From Fistulifera solaris (lineage: Eukaryota), in the NCBI GenBank assembly GCA_030295235.1, contig AP026145.1:496001-560000 (forward strand): a stretch of 64,000 bases of DNA, written 5' to 3'. Shown here piece after piece: positions 34,714-48,508 of this stretch (position 1 is its first letter; every line of letters begins with the position of its first letter). The position numbers were made by a program, and so were the translations under genes. Below the pieces are notes generated by a model that was given only the letters and a program-made list of their open reading frames with translations, had not been told where the DNA came from and ran no database searches.

Positions 34714-35175
34714 TTACGCAGTAGCATCATCATCACTGTCACGACGGCGACGAAGGTCGCGGGTCATCTCGATGCTACGCATCAAAGAGCAGAGCTCGCA
34801 GGTTTGCTGGTCGTGCTCTTCATAAGGAAGCGACGGTGCGGGACGGGCGACACGATGCAAACTGAAGGAGAATTCGGTCGATGGGCGCCCCAACACCAAA
34901 ATGTGTCGCATCTCTTGCGTTTCCGTCACGTTCACCAAGACATAGTAAGCTCGTCGCTGATTGAACTGATTCTTCGTCTCGACCGCTTTGGATTGGGTCG
35001 TTCCTTGTGAATCCCAGGTGATGCGCTCGAAACGGGTCTTGCAGAGGGGGCACCGATTTTCGCGAGAGGACCACTGCTCAATGCATTCCAAGCAGAACGT
35101 GTGACGACAGTGACTGATACTGGCTCGGGTGGTAGGCGTCGACCAGCAGATGGTGCACAAATCTTCGGCTTCCAT
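34714..35175 (-). CDS. Small C3HC4 RING-finger protein
   Basis: CTIC..CRHTFCLECI..W....NRCPLCK. Confidence 0.8.
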   Translation of the reverse strand: MEAEDLCTICWSTPTTRASISHCRHTFCLECIEQWSSRENRCPLCKTRFERITWDSQGTTQSKAVETKNQFNQRRAYYVLVNVTETQEMRHILVLGRPSTEFSFSLHRVARPAPSLPYEEHDQQTCELCSLMRSIEMTRDLRRRRDSDDDATA

Positions 35176-35690
35176 GTTGGAAGCAAGTAGTTATGAGCGA
35201 GAAAACAAGGGACAGTCACACGGTGTTGACTGTGTACGTGAGATTCGATCAACTCCTTGAGAAATCAATACAATACAGTGATTGTTTGTCAGTTTTGGAC
35301 GATGAGGCGTTTCTCAATAGTTTGGAAACAAGATGTGAAATAATGGTGATGGAAAGAACGATTTTTGTTTTCAGGAATGAAAAAAAGTGAAATCATCCAA
35401 ACGGCGGGAAGGGAAATTCTAACTGAGTGAAACTGGTGTGACACGTACTTCTGATAGTAGCAACTTTCTAAAATTCAGCGAGCTATCTAGAAACCGTGCG
35501 CTATAGCATCATAGAGTAGTCTTGTTTCCGTTACAAATTTGAGATCACGATCCGCGACCCGAATCCGTGGTTGCGTCGCAGTTTAACGTGTGCCGCCACG
35601 ATGGTCGTAGCAAAATCTTAGTTCGAGCTGCCGATCCGCTATTTTGCATTGTTTGACTTAATCCTTTCGTCATTTCTCTCAACGAATACA

Positions 35691-36770
35691 ATGGGGGCTG
35701 TTGACGACGCTGTAAAAGCTCGTCGTTACCGTACGTCGATAAAGACGACATTACGGCATTTGAGAAAGGAATGGATATTGTGCTCGGGGTGAGTTTCTGC
35801 AATTGTTGTTTGCTTTCATTTGCTTTGTGAGAGCATTGCATCTCATCCTTTGCGCCATGAAAGGTCTGCTTCCTTGCAACGGCTCTCGTTTCCTACATTC
35901 GTCGAAAAGCCAGCTATCAGCAATCCAATTCTCCTTCCGCCGGCGCCGAAACTGTGGTCATAACCGCCTTTTATTCTCTCATTTTCCTGGCCAGTTCGTT
36001 GCGTGCGATCTGGTTTTTGGTCCCCGAAAGTGTATGGCAGCCTTCTTACACACCATCCGCAGTTTACGCCTGGGATAATGAACATCCTTCGTGGTTGGGA
36101 TCGGCTCTTTCCGAGATTATTATTACCGCCGGAAGTCTGGCTCTCTTTAGTATTTTCATCCTCATTCTCGTTTACTGGGCGGATATTCTCAAAAATACTT
36201 TCAACCAGGATCGCAACGAACGTCCCCGAGAACGATCTTCGTGTCACTGGTCACTACGCTGGCAGCATTAATGATTCTGAATGTTTTGGCCTTTTGGCCA
36301 AGTTCTACACGACGGAGGGGATGATTCTGTTTCACGCCGTGCTGCTGGCGGTCGTCAGTCTCGTTTGTGTGTGCGAGATCACCATCTTTAGTCAGAAATT
36401 TCAAACCGTGATCAAGACACTGGGTTCGATCAATCAGGTGTCTACCGACGTTCAAGTCCGTCGTATTTTATGGATTACCATCACGGGCAACTTGTTTTTT
36501 ATTACACGAGCTCTCTTAGAGATTGTTTTCGCTGCCAATTTGCTTTTGTTTTGGAAAGAAAATGGAACCGTGGGAAAAGCTTTCTCTCATGAATGGTGGG
36601 ATATTTACACGGCACTCAAATACTCTTCGGAAGTCACCATCCTGGCGCTGATGCTGTACATTTTGCAGTCGAGATTCCACGCCGCAGCATCGGCTGTATC
36701 AAACGCAACAAAGGGAGGCGCTTACGAACGTGTACCCGAAGCTGGAGACACGACGAGATTGGAGGTGTAG
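35691..36770 (+). CDS. Multi-pass membrane protein, TOM1/THH1 (DUF1084)-like; frameshifted and possibly spliced
   Basis: Consecutive hydrophobic helices across ORFs 35803, 35954 and 36003 (LRAIWFLVP, FSIFILILVYWADI, NLFFITRA, YSSEV). Confidence 0.6.
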
Positions 36771-36921
36771 CTTCATGAAGGAAGGCAGAACTAGGACGCG
36801 TCGTCGTGGGTTGAACATGGTTCTTGCTTGTGTGTGGTTGTGATAAAGATTAAACACTGAAATACTAGTAGTAAAAAGTCGAACGAAACGTTTGTTTGGC
36901 AAAAGACTAGCTAGTCGTTAT

Positions 36922-38123
36922 TCATGACTTTTTCGATCGCCGTATTAGATACAAAATAATCATGAGAAAGATTGCACCCAGAATCCCCAAAGATAGAAAG
37001 AATGTAGCCGATATTTCACTCGCGGCGACTTCCAGCACACACGTAAATCCGGTATCATCATAAGCCTCCACGAACGGGAAACCCTCCACAAACACGGTGT
37101 GCGTCTCATTGGTGATCAGTAAGGCCAGCGTTCGATTTTCACTGGCGCAGGGGGGAATCACTTCATCGCACACAATTTCGGAAACCACTTTGGGAAATCC
37201 TTCCGGAAATTGATATTGAATCTTTCGACACGGCGTGGATTGGGACACAAAGTCTTGGGGTGATTCCCAATCGGCTTGACTGCCATCGTACCAGGCGCCA
37301 TGCACATTAATGGATGCGATACAAGGACCAACAGTAAAAGACGTAGCTCTTGCCTGTTGCGGTCGCTGCATACCCCAATCACAACAGGTTTCGGGACACG
37401 AATAGTCGATGGATATGTAAGGAAGTTCCGACCATTCATCCAACGGCAAATGGCTCGTTCGTTCTTCGAGCCAAGCGGTCGTATTGCAATCGTCGTCACA
37501 AATGACCTCCACGTGCGGTTCCAACAGTCGCTGTTCCGCCCAACACGCTTGACTGCAATTGTGACACCGGTGATTGAAACTACACCAACTCCCCTCGTGA
37601 ACACAATCGGCGTGTTGTTGACATTCATAATCGTACGGACACACCTCTCGACAAGTCTCATTCATTTTTGACAATAACAAATGTTCCGCACAACCTACTT
37701 GCGACGCACAACTCATACAGGATCCGGCTCCCGATCGTTGTCGTTGACAGTACGATCCTTCGGCGCATTCTTGAGATGATGTACAAAAACAGTGATCGGG
37801 ACAAGTACCTCCGTCGAATGGACGTCGATGGGGACACTGCTCGCAGGACGTGCATACATTTTGGTGTGTGTCATAGACAGCGCAATAGGCGTTTGAGCCG
37901 CATAGTTCATGGGACGTACAGGAACATTGCGTAGGACAACCGGTCGTCATGACGGAACAAAAAGCACAATGCAGGCATCGCGGAAAGGCATCATCGGGCG
38001 TACAAAATGATCGGGCTCGCACGCCTCGCACGACATTCGATTTTTAGGAGAATATGGAGGTACTTGTCACTTTTATGAGTAGAAAATAGTGAAGAGAAGA
38101 AGAAGATAATGATGATTATCCAT
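36922..38123 (-). CDS. Cys-rich type I membrane protein
   Basis: Repeated C-x5-C-x4-YC modules, single C-terminal TM (FFLSLGILGAIFLMIILYLI) and basic tail; probable signal-peptide exon from 38123. The 5' structure is uncertain. Confidence 0.7.
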
Positions 38124-38427
38124 TTGATGATGATCTCGTTTCTTTTCTGCCTTCGCGCAACACTCCGCTCGCAACAAAAGCAATCGCGCTTTTCGCTTGC
38201 GTTGGCTATACGATGAAGTGTAGGATAACATTCTGTCTTTGGGTTTTTTACTTAATAAACGGTATACTATGTGACATAGATATTCACCGTGCAAACGACA
38301 GACGAGAAGACCTCAAACGCCAACCAAAACGGACGTGTGTGCACTTTGCCTTTCTTTTATTTTGTTGCTGTTGTCGTTCTTCCTTATTACTCCGTATTTG
38401 TTTCCTTAGCATATCAACACAGCTACC

Positions 38428-38841
38428 ATGTCAGCTCTAGATAAACCAGATATACAAAAAGGAAGAAATGTGTCGGGACGATCGTGGAAAACTGTCTCGC
38501 AGAAGCGAGCGAGTCATATTATTGTCAAACCGCGGATCACCAGTTGGGAAGAGAAACAACTGCAGAAGCAACGATTACAAGAAATCAAAGAATTGCAACA
38601 AGAAATGACCGAACAACGAAAACAAGAAATTGCGCTCAAAAAGGAACGGCGTCTGGAGAACGAAAAGCGGCGGGCGGAAAATGAATTCAAGGCCATGCAG
38701 CGATCGGCACAAGTTTTGAATGTCAACAAAATAGGATCCACACTCAAGGCCATGTCAAAGAAACAGTTGCGTCAAATCAAAAAGACACGAATCAACAATA
38801 AGACGGGTGTTGTAGACTACGTTTCGGCGTATGCGAAATGA
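38428..38841 (+). CDS. Cgr1/CCDC86-family rRNA-processing coiled-coil protein
   Basis: GRNVSGRSWK, TSWEEK, ERRLENEKRRAENE, LKAMSKKQLRQI. Confidence 0.85.
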   Translation: MSALDKPDIQKGRNVSGRSWKTVSQKRASHIIVKPRITSWEEKQLQKQRLQEIKELQQEMTEQRKQEIALKKERRLENEKRRAENEFKAMQRSAQVLNVNKIGSTLKAMSKKQLRQIKKTRINNKTGVVDYVSAYAK

Positions 38842-39010
38842 GAGTGTGATGTGGAATGGCTGGAATGAAGAAGGAAAAGAAACAGTTAGGGAAACAGTTT
38901 GGATGAGCACGAAATACTGGAAGTAAGGAATGTAATTTTATTAGGAGTCAAGCAATCGACCGCCATCGTGTCTTATTTGTCGAAAGTTTATGCTTTGAAT
39001 AAAGATTGCT

Positions 39011-42000
39011 TCAACTGTCAAAATGACCTTCCTTGAGCTTTTCGGCTTCGGCTGCATGCGTGTTAAAGACTTGCTCCAAGCTGGTTTGGCTGACACCGTA
39101 ATCAGCCAAACGCAATATATCCTTATTCTCTTCAATGCATGCGAAAATGTTCGAGATACGAATACCGTCTGACTTCACTTCATAGCGGATCTTCATGTCC
39201 TGACGCTCGCGTAGTATCGAACCGGGAAAGTGATCGTTCATAAAGCTTTGCAGCGAGAAGATTCGAAGCTCGTTGGTAGCAAAGGCAGCGAGTGATTCGA
39301 GCGAAACACCTCCGGCAGAGGTTGCATCTTTCCAAACGGGATAACCGTAAGGATCAGTACCGTTCAACAACCCAGAAATGCTCTCATCTCCTGTTAGGTT
39401 GCGAAGCCTCTCAGTACTTTCTTCGAGATTCAGTTGACTCGATTCGCCGTCGAACACGCGCTCTGCCTTCTCGGCATCCGTAGTTGCATCTTCAACTTTC
39501 GACCGACTTTGCAGTACTTTTGCTGTTGCTATAAAGTCGTCGTCATCACGATCCGCTATGCGTACTTTCATCTCCACTTGATAACCCTGTCCAAACTTAT
39601 TTTTCAGGTGTTGCGCTGACCCAAGGCATCGAAGCCGCCCTGCTGCCATGATGGCAATTCGAGGACACAGCGCCTCACACTCCTCCATACTATGGGTCGT
39701 TAAGATTACACTGGTGCGCTCTTCTGGGGGTAAGTTTTCAGAATAGACCATATCGCTGATCATCTGCCAAATTTCTCGCCGAGCAACCGGATCAACACCC
39801 GTAGAGCACTCATCGAGGAACACAATCTGAGGCTGCCCAATAGTGGCACAAGCCAAGCTGAGCCTTCGTTTCATACCGCCGCTGTATCCAGCACTCAACC
39901 TGTCGCTATCTTTGTCACTTAAGCCAACCTCCTGCAGCTTGGCAGCAGCTGCTTCTTTTACAAGCGCTTTGGGGACACCTTTGATGGAAGCGTAAAGTTC
40001 AACATGCTCCCGACCAGTCAAGTTGGCGAAATGTGCATCAAATTGAGGACAGTATCCGATACGACGGCGGGTTTTCTCCGGTTCTCTGGATACGCTAAAG
40101 CCAGCCAGGGTTGCATCCCCCGATGTTGGAGGAAATTCAGCTGTCAGCATGCCCATACAACTGGTCTTTCCTGCACCGTTCACACCTGTGGTTCATTATC
40201 ATTACAAATGGAAAATTTTTCAAATCAGAGAAATTTCTACGATCCGTTTACCATAGACACTTGCACAACAAATCTCACCTAAAAGGCCGAAGCATTCACC
40301 AGCTGGAATACCCAAAGAGATATTGTCGACTGCCTTCTTGCCCGTATCATAAATCTTGGTTAGCTGGCTAATCACAATGAGATCATCATTAGCCTGACCA
40401 GATAGAACTCGGTCTTGTTCGTTTAACACGTCATCGTCGTCAGGGAGGGATATCGTTTCTACGGAGTGATTTCTTCTCCTTTTCGAGATAAATTGGAACG
40501 TGATTATGCTGAGAAAAGACTGCCAGATAGATAAAATTCGGGGATTTGTCGACCATCGATCGAGCTGAATGGCAAGCGCCATGTACCCAATGGTCTGGCA
40601 TCCAAGAAATATGATTTCATAGAGCATCACCTGCTTAGTCCATACCGATAAATTGTAGTCGCCTGCTAAAAACGCAAAGAGTTCAATATTGATACACTTG
40701 AAAATCGCGTTCCCCAAGCAGAACGACGGATTGAATCTCAAAACCCATTGAATAATATTCGCAATGTCAATGAGATTCGGCTTTTCGTCAAGAGGATTGA
40801 TACCCAAAAGCAGAAGGATGAAGCAAGCTAAAGGCCCACCCATGCCTATCAAAAAGCCTGCCAAAATGACGAACATGTTGCATAGACTAGCCGATGAAAA
40901 AGCGAAAGTGATGCAATACGTGAATCCAGCGGTGGCTGGGCCATAAAGGCACAAAACCACAAGGATTCCGGACAATACATCCCGCTGGGAGGTGGTGAGC
41001 ACGTCGACATTGAAAGCAAACATAAGCATAACCGTGATCCACATTGGAATCTGATAATTCAAAACGTCCCAAAGAAATGTTGACAACCAGTAGGCTATCG
41101 GTTTCACTCCGGCAACTGTCTGTAGATGTTTAGCCTTAGACTCACGCTCAGCGACGATGAAAGAAGCAAACGCGCCAGAGATAAATGGAAAGCTCAGAAC
41201 AACAAGAAACCAGGCCGAAAAAGCATCTTCCGCCTTTCCGTACTGCGATTCTTTCTTGGTTATCGGAAGAGGTGCAATTGTACATTTGATTTCAAAATCC
41301 GACGCATCCAGCGCTTCCCGGACTAGTGCTTCATCCGCCAAAGACTGATAAAGCGGCGCCACGTGCAATGCCGTGTAGTTGTACTGAACCACATAGCCGA
41401 TTCCTTGATAGTCATTACAATTCTCAATACTGGTGTAGTTTCCATTTCGTGACCGACATACTTCAACCACTGCATCGCTGTAAAGACTGCTTTGAAAATC
41501 ATCGAGTACGCTCGATCGGTCATGCGTGAAGAACAAAGCACCATATTGCGTAGCCCCGTAACTCTCTGAAGTATCATACAAACTGCGAGACGACTGGGAT
41601 ACTGAGTTAACGTTTGTCCCTTCGGCGCTGGCACCTGCGGCAGTGATTCTCGTGACGACGGATTCTGAGTCTTGAATGGTACATTTTTGATTGCCGTCAA
41701 GGGAGCCTCGATATCCACAATAATAATACGTTTCACTGTTAACATCTGTTGAAATAATAGGATCGTCTTCCGGGCGGTAAGTGCAACTTCCTGGCTGACA
41801 AGTGAAAGAGCTGCTTGGAAGATTGAAGGGAATCGGGTTTCTAGGCACTGGTGCCACTTCATTGTAGTCGTTGAGATCTAGTATGAGAGGATCCATATTG
41901 CGATCTAGAGCAACATAGTTGAAAAGGATGAATCCCAGACAAACACAGACGCTAGGGAGAATAGTTGTGCATAACCACGCCTTTCTGTCCCGACGAAAGA

Positions 42001-45000
42001 AAGCAGCTCGTTTCTTGAAAAGAGCCCACATGTGTCTAAAGAAAAGGCCCTCTTGCTCTAAATCCATTCTTGAGCGCGCACTTTTGTTGTCTATCCTTGC
42101 CGTATAGTTCATGTCGCCGCCATTTTCTTTTGAGTAGGAAGACGAAACAGCACTGTTTCCGGTGTTTTGACGAGCAACGAGTAAAAGACTTCGTCTAGTG
42201 TCGTGATACTGACACCATACGAACGAATCAATCCTTTGTCAAGTAGCTTGTCCAATCTCTCGAACATGGGAAGGAAGTGGGACGAGGCTCCTATTGGTAA
42301 TTGAAAGCTAATCTCGGATCCAACATCGCTAAGAAGAACTGCGGACGGGACGGAAAAGAAACCACAGTCTTTAGAAGTTCTTCTAGAGAAAGTTCGCCGT
42401 TCTCCGGTGACAACGGAGGTTCGAATTTCCCATTTTCAGAGTCGACGGAAGCATCGCCATTTCCATCGTCAATTGCAGCAGCCCCTTCTTCTGTACTATC
42501 ATTCAGCCGTAAAGCTGTCAGCAAACTCTGCCCGCCGATTTCAAAACAAGTTCTGGACAGCGACCATGCTGATAGATCTTCTTCGGCGCACCCACGAGCG
42601 TCGTTACCTATTGTGTCGCTTCTATTTTGAACATCTCCTGCTTGACCTGACTCTTGCTTTCTATCCATTGCGTCCGTACTATTCTTGGCCATGTAATTAC
42701 CGAGTTCTAACGTATTCATAGTTTTTTCGATAGTTAGCTGGTAGCCAACACCATACGTCTTTTTCAGAAACAATGAGCTGCCTGCACACCGAAGCTGTCC
42801 GTCGGACATAATTGCAATGCGGTCGCCGAGAATGTCTGCTTCGTCCTAGTAATTAAACACCGTGAGTGCAAATCACTAGCATAGAAAAACAAATATTTAG
42901 TCAATGCTTACCATAAAATGCGTGGTGAGAATAATGCAGCGGTTTTGCCGATAATGCCGAATCACATTCCATGTGAACCTCCTTGAGAATGGATCCTGGG
43001 TGATGTGGCGAAATCAGAAAGGCCGACAGAAACAAATCTACAACAGAAAAACTTACCATTCCGCTTGTTGGTTCATCTAGCAAAACGACACTGCTGCCCC
43101 CGCAAAATGCAATTGCTACACTGAGCTTACGCTTCATACCGCCGCTCAAATTCTGGGAAAGTGTGTTGCTTTTCTCTAATAAAGCGACATCTTGCATAGC
43201 CTGTGTTATATCAGCCTCAGCATCCACAAACGACTTAGCTCGGTATAGTCCCTTCAAGCGAGCAAAAATTGTATGTGCTCACGGACAGTTAGTTGTGGAA
43301 AGAGGCAATCGTGTTGCAAACAAATTCCAATATCTTGACGTATACGCTCCCTGTCATATCTAATGTCCTTACCACCGACGATGGCATACCCCGACGTGGG
43401 AGCTGTCGCACCCGTTAGCATATTAATTGTTGTAGTTTTACCGGCTCCTGTCATCTTGGTTAGAGAAACTGGTAGTCATTAAGAAAAAGCACCGATTCGG
43501 ATCTTACCATTGTGCCCAAGTAACGCCGTTATCTGACCATTGTACATTGAAAGGCTGAGACCGTCCACGGCGATCTTGTCACCAAACACCTTTCGCAGCG
43601 ATCGCAACTCAATGGACTTGCCTTCCTTGGCTTGTCTCTTGAGAGTGTCGCTTACGGGTTCCAAAGGTATGGAGCTGTTATCGCTCCTATCGTTTTCAGG
43701 ATCCGTTTCGGACGAATAGGATGGAGTGGTGCGGTTTGGAAACCAATATGAGAAGGTCAGCGGAAACCAGAGCGGCAAAGCCTGACCGTAATCGGGTTCA
43801 ATGGTGCGATTTAGATACCAAGTCATGACACCCCAGAATACCGAATCGAAAATCAAATAGCCAAGAGCATCATTGAACGTAAATCCAGACTGGTTGTCAC
43901 TTTGGGACATCGAACTAAGAGTAAGGCCAAGTCCTCTATCTTCCAATCGACCTATTTCTTGCAGTCCGTACGAAAAAGCCGCCACAGGATGTAAGCTAAT
44001 CAGCCTGATCCACGTGCCATCATCTCTGGTGTAGTCAATAGGCACCGAAATAGTGAGAAAGACGCCAATGAAGAAAGCAAGTAAACCGAAAAGGACAGCA
44101 CGAGCTGACTTGGAAGAGAAACTCGAAATCATCATCGAAAACACAGTCACAGCCAGAAAAGTGAACGTCCAGAATTGAAAGAGATAACGAAACTCTGACG
44201 CTTCATAAAGAACACTCGACATGACTGTCGTGAAAAGGCAGAAATCATATTCCAAAGAATGAAGGTCATGAACCAAGCCCATCCAATATCGGATTCCGAA
44301 ACACTCATCATTTTCATCAATTCCTTTTGACGCAACTCCTTTTCTCTCACAATGTAGCCAATCATCGCGGCCACAGGATATAGCATTCCCAAGGTGACCA
44401 AAAGCGGGCCCGTTTCTGCAGATGATTCATAGTTAGCACGATGAGTACGTCAGAAAGCAATTTGTTACATCGTAAAATAAATAGGCACTTACCTGCTATC
44501 GAGGCGTAGAAACCAGAATCTTCGTATTCTTTGATCGGAAACTGCACAAATCGAACTCCTGCTTCTGCCACCTTGTATCCTGCATCAGCGGCCCCGGTTT
44601 GATTCAATATAAAATCTCCAACGAGTCGCTGGAATGTCAAAACACCGTTGTAGACATATTGACCCGTACAAGAAAGCTCCAACGGACCCTGTCTCGGTGT
44701 ATTTTCATCGGGTGTGCACGTACTAAAATCATTGCGAGCGTAACGTCGGAAAAGTCGACTCGTATCCGGTGTCGTGGAGGTGGCGGGTCGCGCGGCCGCC
44801 TCGGGGGCATTGAAGTTCGTCGAATTCTGGCGAAGAGCGTAATAGAATTTCATTGGGTCATCACCTTCCCACACGATCCCCATGGCTATTTTGGACGTAT
44901 CGAAACCTTCATAATCCACCGCCGTCACATAAGCGTCCATCGCCTCGGGACTGTCAAAGTGTTGCACCACATTGAACGGAAGCAGCCCAACTAATTCCGG

Positions 45001-45579
45001 GTATTTGTCATACAACCACGATTCAAATTCGAGAGCACGACGCTTGCCGCCTTCGTCATCCAAGCTACTGGGTGCCAAGGCTATTGTTCCGTACTCACAA
45101 AACTGGGACGCGTCCTGTCCTTCTCTTTCACACAAAGTCGAATCGCATTTTACCAAGGGTACTTGCCAATTGTATCCGTTTCGTTCAATTCCCGAAATGA
45201 CAAACTCCAAATCTCCTTCGTTCCCTTTGATGCACGTCCGCTGGGCTTGCATGAACGTAAAGTAATCACGAGCCGTCAAGGGTGTCAAGGCCAACGGATC
45301 CGGAGGGAAAAATGCCGGAACGGTCCCCGAAAACAGTCCCTCCGAGTCGTCGACGGCCGATTTGATGCCCACTAGAACACCAACAAATCCCATGGGAAGT
45401 AATATTTCCAACAACTAAAGAGAAGTGATGACAATGCATGAGTCACAGATACTACGTAGCAAAAGTCCAGTTGTAGGAGTGGAGCATCATTTTTCGAGAC
45501 TTACACTCCCTAACCAATTGCGACGACGGAAAATCCAATTCCGTCGCATTAAAGCGAACCATGCGCGCGAAAAGATCAT
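39011..45579 (-). CDS. Full-size ABCA subfamily transporter (TMD-NBD-TMD-NBD), multi-exon
   Basis: NBD1 [32 protein letters not shown]2 [44 protein letters not shown]; introns ~45417-45504, ~44418-44491, ~43449-43507, ~42996-43055, ~42846-42911, ~40187-40278; a few frameshifts. Confidence 0.95.
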
Positions 45580-45917
45580 CTTGTGAAGAGCCGCGTATGT
45601 TTCCGAGTCAAAGTGATGTTCGCCAAAGTACGAGGTCCTCCACCAATGCGATGGGTTATTTCTCCCACAAATTCGCTTCGTTCACCAGTCAAAGAGCGCT
45701 TCAGTCCCTCAATAGCGGCTCCAGTAAATTCTCTCTTGCAGAGAAAAGAACAATTTACAGCAAAGCAGCAGTATAATCTAATGTTGACTTTCTAGAGACA
45801 AGAAACGAAAGAATGATGGACATCACAACGGAATTTTGAACATTGCACATGAAAGAGGTGTCGTGCAAGTCCGGCGAGAGAGGTCAAGAATTCGCTGGAA
45901 CATGGGTGTACACTGAG

Positions 45918-45926
45918 TCACAGTCA
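45918..45926 (-). promoter_or_regulatory. TGACTGTGA motif upstream of the ABCA gene
   Basis: TCACAGTCA on + strand; this motif is commonly enriched in diatom intergenic DNA. Variants occur at ~35213-35233, ~52101, 57156-57164 and ~57231. Confidence 0.4.
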
Positions 45927-46191
45927 ATTTATCTACCAATACGACAAAACCTTTGATTCGACAATCTCTCTCCATGACTTACGAGGTCTAAAATAACGTC
46001 CACATGAATCACTACTCGAGACCATGGCACTCAAGGAGAAAGTAAAAATACTACGTACTGGTAGTCCAGTCCACCTCCTTTGTCTAGTCCGTCACTCGAC
46101 TAGGGATTGTAGAATAAGCCGCTACACTACCCTAATACAAAAGCCAACAAAAGCATTGTAGGTAAACCATATACTAGTTTAACCACTATAA

Positions 46192-47245
46192 TCATCTAAA
46201 CCTCGGGCTATCCGAAATAAACACTTCCATAGAATCTGGATGGCTCTTGTCATCGATAATCACGTCGTGCTTTGCCTTTCCTCGTTTTCCAGAAGCCTCT
46301 CGCTTTTGCCGAAATGACCTGAAACGTGAATACCTTGATGAATCGTCTCCCGAATGACTCGAAGCAACCGAGCTGGAATCCATAGACCTTGAATTCGGTA
46401 TCGTCGCTTGAAGCTCTTTCCTTCTCCGTCTTCCACTCTCGTCATCATCGTCGTCGTCACTCCCAACAGACTCCGGGGAATATCCGTTTCTCGTTTCCGG
46501 TGTATTGAACAGCCAAGATTTTTTTCTTGCGACTTGGTTCTAACTCTGCTGAAATCTTGGTCTTTTCGGATGGCGACAAGGGAGAACTCAATACTTCGCT
46601 GGGACGCAAGAATGCCGCAGAAAGAACCATCGTAGCAAACCACAGTAATGACCCCGCCACCATGACCAATCCGCCTTCATCTACTTCACATTCACTCTCG
46701 AGGAAAACTGTATTGCAGATTGCGGATTTCATCATCATGAACGTCATACCGCAACACAAAGTTCCCAACATGGCAATGAAACAAAATATCGAAATTTGTA
46801 ATCGGTTAAATTCGACAAAAATCATGAGCAATTCCCATATCACCAATATAAACGACAAAACAATCGCAATCACAGCAAAAAATCGCGCCGTCTCAAACGG
46901 TGTATCGGACATTTCTTGCAACATCGTTTCTTGATACCCCGCACATGAACCATCCGACCAGTGACTATCTTGACGAAACGGGCGCAAAAATTGGAAAAGA
47001 CCGATCCCTACTTTGTGCGTCGCGGTCGGGCGTCCCGAGGCAGCTTCTTGAATGTTGGTGAAAAAGGTTTCGAAATCCCCCGTTTCCGAGACAAAGGTGA
47101 CCACCAGAAATCGACAAGACGCCGCTGCATAAAGGGTTGTGGTCATGGCGGCGGCTCCCGAGAGTATTAACCCGAGCACGGTGTAGCCGCCATGCGGGTA
47201 CGAACTAAATAGGGAAGTGACGATGAGGGATGTAAGAACACGCAT
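46192..47245 (-). CDS. Four-TM (claudin-like topology) hypothetical membrane protein, frameshift near 46460
   Basis: Hydrophobic helix, SCRF loop with GIGLF and C, then three helices with C..C pair; charged tail continues in other frames. Confidence 0.7.
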
Positions 47246-48017
47246 GAAAATATTGCGTACCCGTACTTTTGCGCCCCGTTCGTCCGCAGCAACTTACCAC
47301 AGTCCTCTAAATTTCATTGATTGATGCTAAATATTGTGTTGTTTTTTCAAGCAACGTTCAAGCTTTCGTTTCAAACATCTACCATGACAACAAGACGATC
47401 CAAAATTTTCTCTAAGGGCTGGTTACTTTTTCTAACGGTTCCTCGTTCAAATGGTACGATTTTCTACGTAGGTACATTATATTAATATAGTACGATTTTC
47501 CATCATCAATCGGCCTCCACCGCGATAAAATCACGACGACCATGGCGAAATGTCATTCATGTGGCTGTATCTTATGTTTTAGGTAGCTCTGCCCATTCAA
47601 AAATCACACAGCACGATTAATTACATAACGACGAACTTAATATGTGGAAATGAACGGGCAGTGAGCTTCCACGATCGAGATTTCCGCTTCCGAGTCGATT
47701 TTCTACGGTAAAAAAGCACGGGTAGTATCAAATTACGCCTTTTCGTCACAACCCGGTCGACTCTGATAAAAATAAAACAACCATTTAAACTGCATAGTTA
47801 GATTTATATATTTAGAAAAAGCAAAATGTCAATGGAGCATTATTTGATTGAGCGGCACACCATCTTGTTTACACTGGACTTGTGCGGTGTTTACCATGGT
47901 GAGATTTTCATTCCGACTGCTTACTGTCTCACAGAGTGTACCTATACGCAGCTATCGCGGCAGCGCGTCCCTGCGTGTAACCAGCTCTTAACAGAAAAAT
48001 TCCCCGCGCACAAACGA

Positions 48018-48043
48018 GACTCATGACTGAAATGCAGTCGTGG
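48018..48043 (-). repeat. Dispersed copy of the dyad motif
   Basis: GACTCATGACTGAAATGCAGTCGTGG is the exact reverse complement of 3338-3363 (26 bp). Confidence 0.85.
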
Positions 48044-48508
48044 AGAAAGGTCGTCTACATTTTGGGTCACAGTCCTCTGAAAATTCAAAACTTTAATCTT
48101 ATTATAATTCATTCATGTCTAAACTCTGGACGAAAAGAGCTTGAAGCTTGAACTAAACAAGGATTTCCTTGGAACTAAAAAGTGATCGTTTACGAGAGAA
48201 GTGGACGACAACGGACTAAAGCGAGTAGTCAACAAAATCTAACTTAGGACTAAATTAAGCCGCGACGAGAAAATAGTGCATACTTTGACGCTCTATGTTT
48301 TAAAGTTTGATGAATAGATCTTTCTTCTGAGAACTGGGAAGTGCATTGCACCAAAGAAAATCTATAGACAGATCTAACTACCTTATAAATCAGGGCTGGC
48401 CAAAATTGAGCATAGACAAAGTATTACTTCTTGTCCATGAATGCAGCCGCTCTATGGTCAAAGCTATTACTGACCGGCACAACTGTCTTTACCACGATAA
48501 AGATACCC

